Shown here: piece after piece, positions 31,001 through 40,342 of the stretch
How positions within the stretch are numbered: position 1 is the first letter of the stretch
Layout of the letters: every line of letters begins with the position of its first letter
NCBI GenBank assembly: GCA_965200315.1
Contig: OZ241362.1
Span: 3,808,001-3,872,000 of the forward strand
DNA from: Candidatus Latescibacterota bacterium
Lineage (GTDB): Bacteria; Latescibacterota; UBA2968; UBA8231
DNA: 64,000 nucleotides
Direction: 5' to 3'
Notes under the pieces: generated by a model
Databases searched by the model: none
Told to the model about the DNA's origin: nothing
Seen by the model: only the letters and a program-made list of their open reading frames with translations
Translations under genes and position numbers: made by a program

Positions 31001-31128
31001 ATGTTATTTACACCAACGGCGATCACACCCTAAACGCCATGCAGCAGCCCGGCGAAAATTGGACCGCTAAGACCATTGAGCCAATTTTTCGTGAATTGAT
31101 ATTTGGAGGATATAATGATGTTATCTAA
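28015..31128 (+). CDS. mod: Type III restriction-modification Mod subunit (m6A methyltransferase)
   Basis: DLDFGLYRI, EEVKLHWANADQYY, DYFIHKDL, YIDPPYN, YPKS, LDYFAGSGTT, LESYED, DLPETFNYLIG. Confidence 0.9.
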   Translation: MNASTSSIVPSVTDKLNRLKALLRDMFQLDRGDLDFGLYRIMNMKAGEISAFLDNDLLPQVKEALEGLTGNQVTEIEGKLNETIETLQGLRVNPDENEVVQELRARLAEARRDADAEADVYNHLANFFFRYYAEGDFISQRRYSSGGRTAYLIPYDGEEVKLHWANADQYYVKTTENYASYIFIVGTGEAERRVRFEIAAANNERDNIKEADSKQRRFVLESGNDAIAVEDDALIVRFEHRPLTDSEKQMWTGNGVRQQGKINEAVVKRILKEVTPDWLALLDVSVPTDANSDRTLLEKHVERYTAKNSFDYFIHKDLGGFLCRELDLYLNTEVLNLDDLEQGDTSRLDRALARVRATRHIGGKIIDFLAQLEDFQKQLWLKKKFVLETDWCVTLDRVPEVLYSEIAANAAQCEEWVDLFAVDEIPGDLINGGETYNNPPSVDFLKANPYLVLDTRHFEHDFTDRLLAALSEDGPLDEQMDGLLVHGENFQALNLLQARYHGQVQCIYIDPPYNAKSSEIIYKNTYRNSSWISLIENRLAEVRNLESAQAVVVIAIDEVEQEYLGCLLNVVFADKAKTCVTVVHNATGQQGNNFSSTHEYAYFLYPINGQSIGLQERADNPDIRPLRDVSKGEHLRTDAANCFYPILVLDGEIIGFGEVCSDDFHPGGINVVRENGMVEVYPIDPSGTERKWVFARQSVEDIRAELFAEQDAETGEWDIIRKKSHFNYKTAWTEKRYSANSWGSRVLNNILKDNEFSYPKSVHTVRDCIDAALNNESSGTVLDYFAGSGTTGHAVINLNREDDGQRKYTLVEIGDHFDTVLLPRMKKVVYSPDWKDGKPFSRNGVTQLFKYIRLESYEDTMDSLEVTPPSEAQQDLLAKNPALAEDYRLRYALGVETAGSACLLGKAFIDPFAYTLSVVRDGVRREVQVDLPETFNYLIGLRVTSHQRIDDVLAITGMDPEGRNCLILWRNLDEMDYAALDAWFDRNREQFAESLDVIYTNGDHTLNAMQQPGENWTAKTIEPIFRELIFGGYNDVI

Positions 31129-31311
31129 CGAACTTGAGTGCATTGTGGAGCGCCTAGATCAAATGATTGTGTGTGGATTCTCTCGGGCTATTGTCCTTTT
31201 GGAAGATGGTTGTGAAGAGTTTAGTAACTGACGTTACGCAGTGTTACAATCTCTTGGTCTCAGAAAAATGCTTTGAACGATTCGAGCGGTGGATCGTCTT
31301 GTGCCTCCTAT

Positions 31312-31348
31312 TCTGCGTCTATCTGCGTCCATCTGCGTCCATCTGCGG
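31312..31348. repeat. Short tandem decamer repeat (ATCTGCGTCC-like)
   Basis: TTCTGCGTCT ATCTGCGTCC ATCTGCGTCC ATCTGCGG. Confidence 0.75.
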
Positions 31349-31537
31349 ATTATCTGGTAAATGATGTAGGGTTGCTATAGGATTTGCAAAAGGTAATATC
31401 AGGGGGTATTTCAGGATATCCGAGAGGTTCTTGAGCGCGAAGGACTGCTGCCGGTTAATTCGTAGATCATTTGTTAATCCGATATGTACCATCCGATATA
31501 AATTGTACAACGTGAACTAAACAGGACATCCATTGTA

Positions 31538-32044
31538 ATGCCACAACGCCGTCGTCAGACAGGGAACGCACGCCTACAAAACCGCCTTGCCCTCCATCGC
31601 TTCGTCTGCCGTGAGTTTGGCTACGATGACATGGACGCTATGCTCGAGCGGTTGCACTATGCCCGGGGCGAAATCACCTCGGAAGGCGAGCTCGACTATG
31701 CCCAATCGCTACACCCCCATCCTACACACGCCCGCGTTACCGCCGACCAGTTTACCGAATACGACGCCAACATCACGGCACACAGCCGCCGGCTGCGTAT
31801 GACAGAGGAGCACGGTCGGACATGGAAACCCCACCAATACCTCGCCCTATTATTTACCGAACATTACTTATACCGCTATTTCGACAATCCCGAAGCCCTG
31901 TGTGCTGATCTCAATCATGAGAAAGCCAGCCATCGTCCGACCTCGTTCTTGCCGGACTATAAGATGGACGACTTGCACACGCTCGCTTTCCAGAGTGCGA
32001 CGGGTTCTGGCAAAACGCTCCTTATGCACACCCATATTCTGCAA
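31538..32044 (+). pseudogene. res: Type III Res subunit, N-terminal fragment truncated by IS
   Basis: WKPHQYLALLFTE, Walker A ATGSGKT; ORF stops inside the IS terminal repeat and no downstream remainder is visible. Confidence 0.85.
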
Positions 32045-32118
32045 GGCAATTAGTATTTAAGGGCTTGCCATATCTTCTTTATTTTCCTATCTTTATAGTA
32101 GTTAAAGGAGGTACGAAA

Positions 32119-32991
32119 ATGAACCTAATAAGCATCTTCAATCAGTACCCCGACCAAGCCGCTTGCATCGCTCATCTAGAGCAAATCCGCTGGAATAATG
32201 CCCCCTATTGCCCGTTGTGCGGCGATTGTGACGTTGCCCGCAAAGCGGAGAATGAGCGTGTAGGCCGCTGGAACTGCCACGGCTGCCATTCTAGTTTTAA
32301 TGTCTTGTCCCAAACCATTTTTCAGGGGACCAAAATCCCGCTGCAAAAGTGGTTCTTGGCCATCTCGCTAATGGCCAACGCCAAAAAGAGCTTGTCGAGT
32401 TGCCAGCTAGCCCGCGATCTGGAACTCAACCAGAAAAGCGCGTGGTTCATGCAACAGCGGATTCGCGCCGCTATGGCATCGGACGAAAAGGCCCTACTGC
32501 GCGGCATCATCGAGGCCGACGAAACGTATGTAGGCGGTAAGCCTCGCTACAAGAACGACAACAACAAGCGCGGGCGCGGTACTGGCAAAACGCCCGTCGT
32601 TGGAGCCGTCCAGCGCGGGGGGCGCGTCAAAGCCGCTGTACCAGACGACACTAAGGCCGCGACCGTCTTGGACTTTATCGCGCAGTCTGTCGAGGTAGAA
32701 GAATCGTCGTTGATTACGGACGAGTACACGGTTTATTTCAACGCTCACAAGCTGATGCCGCACCGCACCGTCAACCACCGCACCGAGGAATACGTTGACG
32801 CCAGCAACAAGACCCTACACACCAATACCATTGAAGGCTTTTGGTCGTTGCTCAAACGCGCTTGGTACGGCTCGCATCATAAGTACACGAAAGGTTGGTC
32901 GCCCTTGTTCGTAGCAGAAGCGGTCTGGAAATACAACCACCGCAAAGACGCCGACGCCTTCAACGGTTTCTTGCGGGCCTGCTTTGCGTAG
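32119..32991 (+). CDS. IS1595-family DDE transposase
   Basis: Zn-ribbon CPLC..CHGC, HTH, EADETYVGG, ITDE, HTNTIEGFWSLLKR; AAGGAGG RBS; TTGCCA-17-TATCTT promoter at 32065-32093. Confidence 0.95.
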   Translation: MNLISIFNQYPDQAACIAHLEQIRWNNAPYCPLCGDCDVARKAENERVGRWNCHGCHSSFNVLSQTIFQGTKIPLQKWFLAISLMANAKKSLSSCQLARDLELNQKSAWFMQQRIRAAMASDEKALLRGIIEADETYVGGKPRYKNDNNKRGRGTGKTPVVGAVQRGGRVKAAVPDDTKAATVLDFIAQSVEVEESSLITDEYTVYFNAHKLMPHRTVNHRTEEYVDASNKTLHTNTIEGFWSLLKRAWYGSHHKYTKGWSPLFVAEAVWKYNHRKDADAFNGFLRACFA

Positions 32992-33001
32992 CCATACGGA
33001 G

Positions 33002-33253
33002 TCAATCAAATGACTGCTCCTCAGCAGGGTGGTTCTGGTGGTAATTTGCAAAAAAATCAGCCAGTACAAGAGCCTCATTTCGAGGAATCAAATAGTGGCA
33101 TTCATCGAAAGACAGCAAAAAGTGAGAAGCAGGGTCCGGCTCAACAGGCAAAACGCGAATCTCTCCTGCCTTATAGATTTGAAATTGTTTTTCTATCCCC
33201 ATCTCGGCTAGTACATGCAAGAGATTTTTCCCCGTAATTGGCACAATCGCCAT
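33002..33253 (-). CDS. Hypothetical IS passenger protein (83 aa)
   Basis: ORF with AAGGA RBS inside the TIRs; no family recognised. Confidence 0.5.
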   Translation of the reverse strand: MAIVPITGKNLLHVLAEMGIEKQFQIYKAGEIRVLPVEPDPASHFLLSFDECHYLIPRNEALVLADFFANYHQNHPAEEQSFD

Positions 33254-33286
33254 CGTCGTCCTTTCTGTTGGTTAGGGGTAGTACTT

Positions 33287-33317
33287 AGCCCGTAGAAGTT
33301 CGCACCTTCTACGGGCT
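33287..33317. terminator. Stem-loop between the IS passenger genes
   Basis: AGCCCGTAGAAG / CTTCTACGGGCT perfect 12-bp stem. Confidence 0.6.
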
Positions 33318-33320
33318 TTC

Positions 33321-33831
33321 TCATGGTATCAAACGTTTCCTTAGTGCTTTTTCTTGTAGTCGGTATTTTTCGGTTAGCTGCTGGGCTAATTCAACGCTTT
33401 GACGGGCTTTCCCCAATAGTTCCGCTATAACTTGTTGTTCGGAGAGGGGGGGTAGATCGAAGAGGATAGTTGCAAGAGATTTCCCATGTACGTGGGGGAT
33501 CGTAGTACCCGTTCTTGTTGCTTTTTCTCTTACAGGCTGCGTAGAAAAAGTCAAGATCAACGATTTGAGTATTGGGATTAAGCAGGGCAACCGTCGAAGA
33601 TACTACGCCTCTCTTGGCTCGTATAAAGTCCCCAGCGTTTGCCCCATCCCATAGCAGTAGGATGTCTCCATCGGACGCCAGAAGGCTATTAGAATCGGGT
33701 TTGACTAGCGGCGGTTCGTTTTTTTCCCCGCGAAGGTACTCCATCGTCAGATAGGGTATATCTCCATCAAAGGCGGTCGGAGCAGCCCCCTTGCGGACGG
33801 TACAAATATCGCCAAGTCTAACTCTGTTCAT
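33321..33831 (-). pseudogene. hsdS: Half type I R-M specificity subunit (single TRD plus coiled coil), frameshifted near 33525
   Basis: RVRLGDIC..GDILLLWDGANAG..GVVSST..DFFY, then a shifted frame TGTTIPHV..LPPLSEQQVIA. Confidence 0.78.
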
Positions 33832-33972
33832 ACAGAGAAAAGTACTAGAGAATCAAGGGACAGTCAAGCCCTTAAATACTAATTGCCAAATGCAAACTGC
33901 CATATTCTCTTGGCACCGATCATTTGAATCGGCAACTTACGCTTTTCTAATATCCCACAAAGAGGAAACTCC

Positions 33973-35349
33973 ATGACTGCATTCGACTTAGTAGTCATCG
34001 GCGCAGGGCCGGGCGGCTATGTGGCCGCAAGTAAGGCGGCGCAACTCGGCATGAAGGTGGCCTGTATCGACAAAAGCTACCTCGGCGGCACCTGCCTCAA
34101 TGTCGGCTGTATCCCCAGCAAGGCCCTGCTGGAGTCGAGTGATTTGTTCTACCGGGCGAAGAAGGGGTTGGGGCATCACGGGATTGGTCAGGGCGAAGTG
34201 GGCTTGGACTTGCAGGCCATGATGGCGCGGAAAGAGAAGATCGTGCAGACCATGACCAAGGGCATTGAAGGGCTGTTTAAGGGCCAGGGGGTGACGCATT
34301 TCGTCGGCGCGGGACAAGTCCGCGCCCCGGGTAGCGTGTCGGTGCAAGGTGCTGGCGGCGAGCAGATCCTGTCTGCCAAGCACATCCTATTGGCCACCGG
34401 GAGCGTACCCATAGAGCTGCCGAACCTGCCTTTTGACGGCGAGCACATAATCAGTTCCACCGAAGCCCTAACGCTAAAAAAGGTGCCTGAGCGGCTCGTC
34501 GTCATTGGCGGCGGTGCCATTGGGTTGGAACTGGGGTCCGTGTGGGCGCGGCTAGGTGCCCAAGTGCTCGTAGTGGAAGCCATGGATCAGATTTTGCCGG
34601 AGATGGATCAAGAGATGGCTAAGCAGCTAGAGCGGCTGCTCAAGCGACAAGGGCTAAAGTTTCTGCTCGGAGCCAAGGCCCAAGAAGCCGCGATCGAAAA
34701 AGGTCAAGTCGCGCTGACCATAGCAGCCGGCGCTCAAGAGCACGTCGAGACGTGCGATCTGGTATTAGTGGCCGTGGGGCGCAAACCATGCAGCGCAGGA
34801 TTGGGGCTGGAAGACGTGGGTGTGGCGCTCAACGAGCGCGGACAGGTCCTAGTTGACGCGCAGGGGCGCACCAATGTCGAGGGCATCTGGGCTATCGGCG
34901 ACCTCGTGCCCGGACCGATGCTGGCCCACAAGGCCGAGGCCGAAGGCGTCGCAGTCGCCGAGCGGATGGCCGGACGCGCCGGGCAGGTCAACTACGATGC
35001 CATACCCTCGGTCGTGTACACCCACCCAGAACTAGCCTCTGTGGGCGCGAGCGAGGAAGCAGCCACAGCAGCCGGCCACGAGGTCGCCATCGGCAAACAC
35101 CAATTTCGCAGCAATGCCCGCGCCCACTGCATGGACGACATCAACGGCCTAGTCCAGGTTGTCGCCGATGCACACACCGACCAGCTCTTGGGGATGCACA
35201 TCCTCGGCCCGCAGGCTTCGCACCTGATCGCCGAGGGCGTCTTGGCCTTAGAGTTCGGCGCGAGTGCCGAGGATGTCGCCCGCACCGTTCACGCGCATCC
35301 GGCGCTGTCAGAAGTCATAGGCGAAGCAGCGCGAGCCGTAGCCTCGTGA
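33973..35349 (+). CDS. lpdA: Dihydrolipoyl dehydrogenase
   Basis: GAGPGGY, GGTCLNVGCIPSK, GGGAIGLE, PMLAHKA, HAHPALSE. Confidence 0.95.
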   Translation: MTAFDLVVIGAGPGGYVAASKAAQLGMKVACIDKSYLGGTCLNVGCIPSKALLESSDLFYRAKKGLGHHGIGQGEVGLDLQAMMARKEKIVQTMTKGIEGLFKGQGVTHFVGAGQVRAPGSVSVQGAGGEQILSAKHILLATGSVPIELPNLPFDGEHIISSTEALTLKKVPERLVVIGGGAIGLELGSVWARLGAQVLVVEAMDQILPEMDQEMAKQLERLLKRQGLKFLLGAKAQEAAIEKGQVALTIAAGAQEHVETCDLVLVAVGRKPCSAGLGLEDVGVALNERGQVLVDAQGRTNVEGIWAIGDLVPGPMLAHKAEAEGVAVAERMAGRAGQVNYDAIPSVVYTHPELASVGASEEAATAAGHEVAIGKHQFRSNARAHCMDDINGLVQVVADAHTDQLLGMHILGPQASHLIAEGVLALEFGASAEDVARTVHAHPALSEVIGEAARAVAS

Positions 35350-36119
35350 AGCTCGCCGACAAAGTAGTACTCATCACCGGCGCGGGCGCGGGCATCGGCC
35401 GCCAAACCGCGCTGCACTGCGCCCGTGAGGGCGCGCACATTGCGGCCGTTGACATCAACGCAGCCACAGCCGAGGAAACGGCCGCCACCATCGCCGCTGA
35501 CAACGGGCAAGCCATCGCCATCGCGGCCGACGTGTCCCGCGCCGCCGACTGCGAGCGCATGGTGCAGCAGACCGAAGCCGCTTATGGCCGCCTCGGTGTG
35601 CTGTTCAACAACGCCGGTATCTCACACCACGCCGACGCCGACGCCATCGACACCGAAGAAGCGGTGTGGGACTTGACCATGGCCGTCAATCTCAAGGGCG
35701 TCTTTTTGGGCTGCAAATACGGCATTCCAGCCCTGCGCCGCGCCGGCGGTGGCGCGATCGTCAACACCGCCTCTTTTGTCGCCTTGCTCGGAGCAGCCAC
35801 GCCGCAACTGGCCTATACCGCCAGCAAGGGCGGCGTCCTCGCCCTGACGCGCGAGCTAGCCGTTGTCCACGCCCGCGAAAACATCCGCGTCAACGCGCTC
35901 TGCCCTGGCCCCCTACGCACCGAGCTACTGATGAAATACCTCGACAGCGAGGCCAAGCGTCAGCGTCGCTTGGTCCACATCCCCATGGGCCGCTTCGGCG
36001 AGGCCGAGGAGATCGCCCGCACGGTCGTCTTCTTGGCCTCGGACGACGCCTCCTTCATCACGGGCGCTACCTTTGTCGTCGATGGCGGCATCACCGCGGC
36101 CTACGTCACTCCAGAGTGA
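35346..36119 (+). CDS. Short-chain dehydrogenase/reductase
   Basis: TGAGAGIG, NNAGI, YTASK, VDGG. Confidence 0.92.
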   Translation: MKLADKVVLITGAGAGIGRQTALHCAREGAHIAAVDINAATAEETAATIAADNGQAIAIAADVSRAADCERMVQQTEAAYGRLGVLFNNAGISHHADADAIDTEEAVWDLTMAVNLKGVFLGCKYGIPALRRAGGGAIVNTASFVALLGAATPQLAYTASKGGVLALTRELAVVHARENIRVNALCPGPLRTELLMKYLDSEAKRQRRLVHIPMGRFGEAEEIARTVVFLASDDASFITGATFVVDGGITAAYVTPE

Positions 36120-36126
36120 GGCCGCC

Positions 36127-36777
36127 ATGCGCTTTGCGGCCACAGTTTTCGACCTCGACGGCACCCTGCTCGACACGCTCGCAGACTTGGCGGATTCGAC
36201 CAACGCCGCACTCGCCGCAGCCGGGCACCCACCCCATCCCACCGACGCGTACCGCTACTTCATCGGCAACGGCATTGAAAACTTGGTGCGCTGCGCCCTG
36301 CCAGCCACGGCCCGCGACGACGCTTCTGTCGCCTGTGCCAAGGCCGCAATGGAAGCCGAGTACAGTCGGCGCTGGCAGGACAAAACCCAGCCCTACGCGG
36401 GCGTACCCGAGCTACTCGACGCATTGAGTACCCGCCAGATGCCCATGGCCATCCTCTCCAACAAACCCCAAGCCTTTGCGCGCCTCGCCGTTGATGCACT
36501 GCTGCCGCGCTGGTCCTTCCACCCGGTCTGCGGGGCGCAGCCCGATGTCCCGCGCAAGCCCGAGCCGGCGGCGGCCCTGCACATCGCCGCCACCCTCGGC
36601 CTCAGCCCGGCGGCCTGCCTTTACTTGGGCGACACGGACACGGATATGCAGACCGCCACGCGGGCTGGCATGTACGCCTTGGGGGCCACGTGGGGCTTTC
36701 GCTCCGCGGACGAACTCCGCCAAAGTGGTGCCCGCGCCTTGCTCGCCAAACCGCTGGACCTGTTGAATTTTCTGTAA
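36127..36777 (+). CDS. HAD-family phosphatase (phosphoglycolate phosphatase-like)
   Basis: [22 protein letters not shown]. Confidence 0.88.
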   Translation: MRFAATVFDLDGTLLDTLADLADSTNAALAAAGHPPHPTDAYRYFIGNGIENLVRCALPATARDDASVACAKAAMEAEYSRRWQDKTQPYAGVPELLDALSTRQMPMAILSNKPQAFARLAVDALLPRWSFHPVCGAQPDVPRKPEPAAALHIAATLGLSPAACLYLGDTDTDMQTATRAGMYALGATWGFRSADELRQSGARALLAKPLDLLNFL

Positions 36778-36806
36778 CCCACCGCCTAACTCAGAAAGGG
36801 CAAACC

Positions 36807-38081
36807 ATGAGCGAATTTTTTCAGGGCATCAAAAAAATTGCCTACGAAGGCCCGGATTCTAAGAACCCCCTATCCTTCAAGCACTACGACGCCGAGGGCA
36901 CAATCGGCGGCAAGACCATGGCCGAGCACCTGCGCTTCTCCGTGGCCTTTTGGCACAGCTTTAAGGGCGGGGGTATCGATCCTTTCGGCCCGACTCCGGT
37001 GTACGACCGGCCTTGGGACCGCGCGGCCTTTGAGTTCATCACCAAGCTCGGCGCACCCTTCTACTGCTGGCACGACCGCGACATCGCGCCCGAAGGCGAG
37101 ACCCTCAAAGAGAGCAACGACCGCCTCGACCACATCGTAGGGCTGGCCGAGCAATTACAGGCCGATACGGGCGTTCGCTTGCTCTGGGGCACGTCCAATT
37201 GCTTCTCGCACGCGCGCTTTACCCACGGGGCCGCCACCAACCCGGACGCCCACGTCTTCGCGTGGGCCGCGGCTCAGATCAAGAAGGCCATGGAATGCAC
37301 TCATCGGCTCGGGGGGGCCAACTACGTGTTTTGGGGTGGGCGCGAGGGGTACTCCAGCCTGCTCAACACCCAGATGGCCCACGAGCAGGACCAACTCGCG
37401 CGCTTCTTGCAGATGGCCGTTGAGCACAAAAAGGCACTCGGCTTTACCGGCACCCTGCTCGTGGAGCCCAAGCCCAAAGAGCCGACCAAGCACCAGTACG
37501 ACTACGACGCGGCCACCGTCTTGAGCTTTCTCCGCAAATACGACCTGTTGGACGAGTTCAAGCTCAACATCGAAGCCAATCACGCCACCTTGGCTGGCCA
37601 CACCTTTGAGCACGATCTCCAGCTCGCCTCAGCCGAGGGCAAACTAGGCAGCATTGACGCCAATCGCGGCGACTACCTGCTCGGCTGGGACACCGACCAG
37701 TTCCCCACGGACCTCTACTCCTCCACCTATGCCATGTTGGCGATTCTCAAACAAGACGGCATCGCGCCCGGCGGCATCAACTTCGACGCCAAGGTGCGGC
37801 GCGGCTCTTGCGATTTGGAAGATCTCTTCCACGCCCACATCGGCGGCATGGACTCGTTTGCCCGCGGGCTAACGCTAGCCCAGCGCATCATCGACGACGG
37901 CGCACTCGACGCCTTTGTCGAGGCGCGCTATGCCTCGTACCGCAGCGGCATTGGCGAGAAAATCATGCGCGGCGATACCAACTTCGCCGAGCTAGAGGCC
38001 TACGTCCACCAGCACGGCGAACCGGAACGGCGCAGCGGCCGCGAGGAAATGCTAGAGAATATCGTCAATAGTTATTTATAG
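36807..38081 (+). CDS. xylA: Xylose isomerase (class II), apparently with a short in-frame deletion
   Basis: [42 protein letters not shown]; 424 aa. Confidence 0.93.
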   Translation: MSEFFQGIKKIAYEGPDSKNPLSFKHYDAEGTIGGKTMAEHLRFSVAFWHSFKGGGIDPFGPTPVYDRPWDRAAFEFITKLGAPFYCWHDRDIAPEGETLKESNDRLDHIVGLAEQLQADTGVRLLWGTSNCFSHARFTHGAATNPDAHVFAWAAAQIKKAMECTHRLGGANYVFWGGREGYSSLLNTQMAHEQDQLARFLQMAVEHKKALGFTGTLLVEPKPKEPTKHQYDYDAATVLSFLRKYDLLDEFKLNIEANHATLAGHTFEHDLQLASAEGKLGSIDANRGDYLLGWDTDQFPTDLYSSTYAMLAILKQDGIAPGGINFDAKVRRGSCDLEDLFHAHIGGMDSFARGLTLAQRIIDDGALDAFVEARYASYRSGIGEKIMRGDTNFAELEAYVHQHGEPERRSGREEMLENIVNSYL

Positions 38082-38148
38082 CGGGTTAAAGGGAGCGGGC
38101 TATACGGAAATCAGATACACTTCCACTTATCGTACATGATGGAGTATT

Positions 38149-38674
38149 ATGATGCTGCTCGACGATTTGGTCGGCGCGATTGACATCCTCAAAGAACGCA
38201 TCCGCACCCACGTTCCAGATTTGCAAGCCAACGAAACACGCACACGGATGGCACTTATTGACCCACTGCTACAAGTGCTGGAGTGGGATCCGGCCGATCC
38301 AGCGTTGGTGATTCCGGAATACGCCTCTGACTCTGGTCCGGTTGACTATTCCCGGCGAGAGCAGGAATGAGAATAAGATCCAAGAGTGGAAGGATATTTT
38401 AGTGAATACGGCAGAGTGGCTTTATTCAAAAGGCTTGCTCACGAATAACATCCCTGTGTTTAGCGCAAAAGAAAAGCATTATATCGTCCATAAAGAGAAA
38501 AAACATCCAAGTGGATCGCCTTTCAAAAGACCACAACGTCTCAAAGAGGGATTATGGGTGGAAGCGAGAGGTGGCCAACATGCAATAAGAAATGCACGTC
38601 GCCTGTTGAGAGCCTGTGGCCAGAATCCAGCAGAGGTTTGGGTACTCATTATCAAAAAATCGAATTCGGCATGA
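38149..38674 (+). pseudogene. Remnant of an HsdR-N-like restriction-endonuclease-domain gene (internally deleted)
   Basis: NETRTRMALIDPLLQVLEWD..VIPEY..VDY breaks before the catalytic E-x-K; a separate-frame C-terminal part follows. Confidence 0.6.
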
Positions 38675-39642
38675 ACGAAGAGTACTTGGACAAAATCACA
38701 CGCGGCGACTGCCGAGATCACATTTCGCGCTTGGCCGACAACAGCATTGAACTTTTCCTGTCGGATATTCCCTATGGAATTAGCCTAGACGACTGGGATG
38801 TCTTACACGACAATACAAACTCAGCACTGTTGGGACAGTCGCCCGCCCAAGCTGGGAAATCGGCCTTTAAGAGGCGCGGCAAGCCCATCAATGGCTGGTC
38901 GCAGGCTGATAGGAACATTGGACGCGAGTATCAGCAGTGGTGTCAAAGCTGGACTGAACAGCTTTTGCCAAAAATGAAGCGCGGCGCATCGCTTTTTGTT
39001 TTCGGCGCACGCCGCACCATACACCGCGTCGTCAACGCTTTTGAAGACAGTGGCTTTCTGCTCAAGGACATGCTCGCTTGGCAGAAAGAGTCGGCGCATC
39101 ATCGAGCGCAAAGGGTGAGCATTGTCTTTGCGAGGCGTGGGTTAGAAGCCGAGGCCAAAGCGTGGCGCGGCTGGCGTTTGGGGAACCTCGCACCCGTATA
39201 TGAGCCGATTGCTTGGTTCGTAAAACCCTACAAGATTGGCGGAACCATTGCTGACAACATCCTCGAGCAAGGCGTAGGGGCCATGAATATAGAAGCATGT
39301 CAGATCCATGGCGCGACCCCAACCAATCTCTTGGCGTTTGGTTTCCAAAAGGACGAACAAAAAATTCACGAGGCCCAGAAGCCGCTGCAGCTCATCGAGT
39401 TCCTGATCAAGCTCACAACACAAGAGGGCCAAGTGGTCTTGGATCCGTTCATGGGCAGCGGCACTACGGCCGTTGCCGCACGGCGACTCAACAGGCACTT
39501 CATAGGCTTTGAGATCGCTCCCGAATTTCATCGGGCCGCACTTCAGAGGTTGGATTTAGAATGCGGGATGAGAGATGCAAAAGACGCCCAATCGCTTCAG
39601 CAAATGCTCTTTGAAAAAGCGCGAGATGAATGCAGGGGATAA
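38671..39642 (+). CDS. Beta-class amino-methyltransferase, M.HindIII-like
   Basis: SDIPYGI..DDWD.LH.NTNSALLG, FKRRGKP.NGWS, HRAQR, H.AQKPL, LDPFMGSGTT; resembles M.HindIII as recalled. Confidence 0.85.
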   Translation: MNEEYLDKITRGDCRDHISRLADNSIELFLSDIPYGISLDDWDVLHDNTNSALLGQSPAQAGKSAFKRRGKPINGWSQADRNIGREYQQWCQSWTEQLLPKMKRGASLFVFGARRTIHRVVNAFEDSGFLLKDMLAWQKESAHHRAQRVSIVFARRGLEAEAKAWRGWRLGNLAPVYEPIAWFVKPYKIGGTIADNILEQGVGAMNIEACQIHGATPTNLLAFGFQKDEQKIHEAQKPLQLIEFLIKLTTQEGQVVLDPFMGSGTTAVAARRLNRHFIGFEIAPEFHRAALQRLDLECGMRDAKDAQSLQQMLFEKARDECRG

Positions 39643-39900
39643 TTTTATCGGCAATAAGTACTTCTAACGCATCCCCCACAGCCTTGTTCTGTCGGCTGTT
39701 AGCTGCGAAAGAAATTCAGGAACACTGTTGACATAGCAATCCGAAATGAGTTGCGGGGCTTGAAGGATTGCACATGCATCAGCGTGGTGGTCGGTGCAGG
39801 CGTCCTTGGCCCGCGCGCGCTGCGCATCTTAGCGGCGGTCTGCAAGTTCTCATTGGGTGGGGCGACGAGGCGGGTGCGTGGTCTTAGCCGCCGGCGTTTT

Positions 39901-39927
39901 TCGAGGGCGAGACGCCCTCGATCCCAG
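39901..39927. repeat. REP-like hairpin (family 1)
   Basis: CGAGGGCG-AGA-CGCCCTCG followed by ATCCCAG. Confidence 0.5.
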
Positions 39928-39949
39928 ATCCTTGGAGCCCAATGGGGGT

Positions 39950-40266
39950 TTTCAGACCGGTTTTAAGGTCGGCTTGAGCAGCGCGGCGAGCTCCTCAAAC
40001 CAAGCGGCGTAGGCTCCTTTTTCTTTTTCTCAAAATAAGTGCCCGTTATAATTTTTCGTAAGGTTGTAGGGAGGATCGAGAATGAGGAGATCGGCGAAGC
40101 AGGTGGGCAGTAAGGGAAGGACGCGAAAGGCGTCCCCGTAAATAATTCTATTGGCGGTTTGATCGAGTGCCGCTGGCTCGGTCAGCACTAGCAAGTCGCG
40201 TGCAAGACTCTCGAACTCTTCGGCGTCACAAGTGAGCGTTCTGTTCCTCAGGGCTCTTTTCTTTAT
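39950..40266 (-). pseudogene. Truncated DNA methyltransferase remnant
   Basis: KKRALRNRTLT..NRIIYGDAF..DLLILDPPYNLTKNYNGHLF*EKEK; internal TGA and 3' part missing. Confidence 0.75.
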
Positions 40267-40270
40267 GCCA

Positions 40271-40330
40271 CAAAAAACTCAGTGGTCCCGCGGCACCGCC
40301 ATCATCCACTCCAACGCCCGCCGCGCCCCG
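40271..40330 (-). repeat. Duplicate copy of the nadA 3' end
   Basis: 56/60 identity to 41341-41400, offset 1070 bp. Confidence 0.9.
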
Positions 40331-40342
40331 GCAACCCCTCGC

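Larger units (their letters stand above)
32045..33887 (+). mobile_element. IS1595-family element (1843 bp) with passenger genes
   Basis: Perfect 23-bp terminal inverted repeats GGCAATTAGTATTTAAGGGCTTG at 32045-32067 and 33865-33887. Confidence 0.92.

Noticed and set aside
31312-31348. Tandem repeats as a CRISPR array or phase-variation tract of mod
   Set aside because: 10-nt units without spacers, and located outside the mod coding sequence.
33010-33237. + strand 75-aa ORF after the transposase
   Set aside because: Low complexity and no RBS; the opposite-strand 83-aa ORF has an RBS and a more protein-like composition.
39661-39704. attC-like CTAAC...GTTAG site after the methyltransferase
   Set aside because: Only ~43 nt, poor R-box matches, no L boxes, no second site or integrase.
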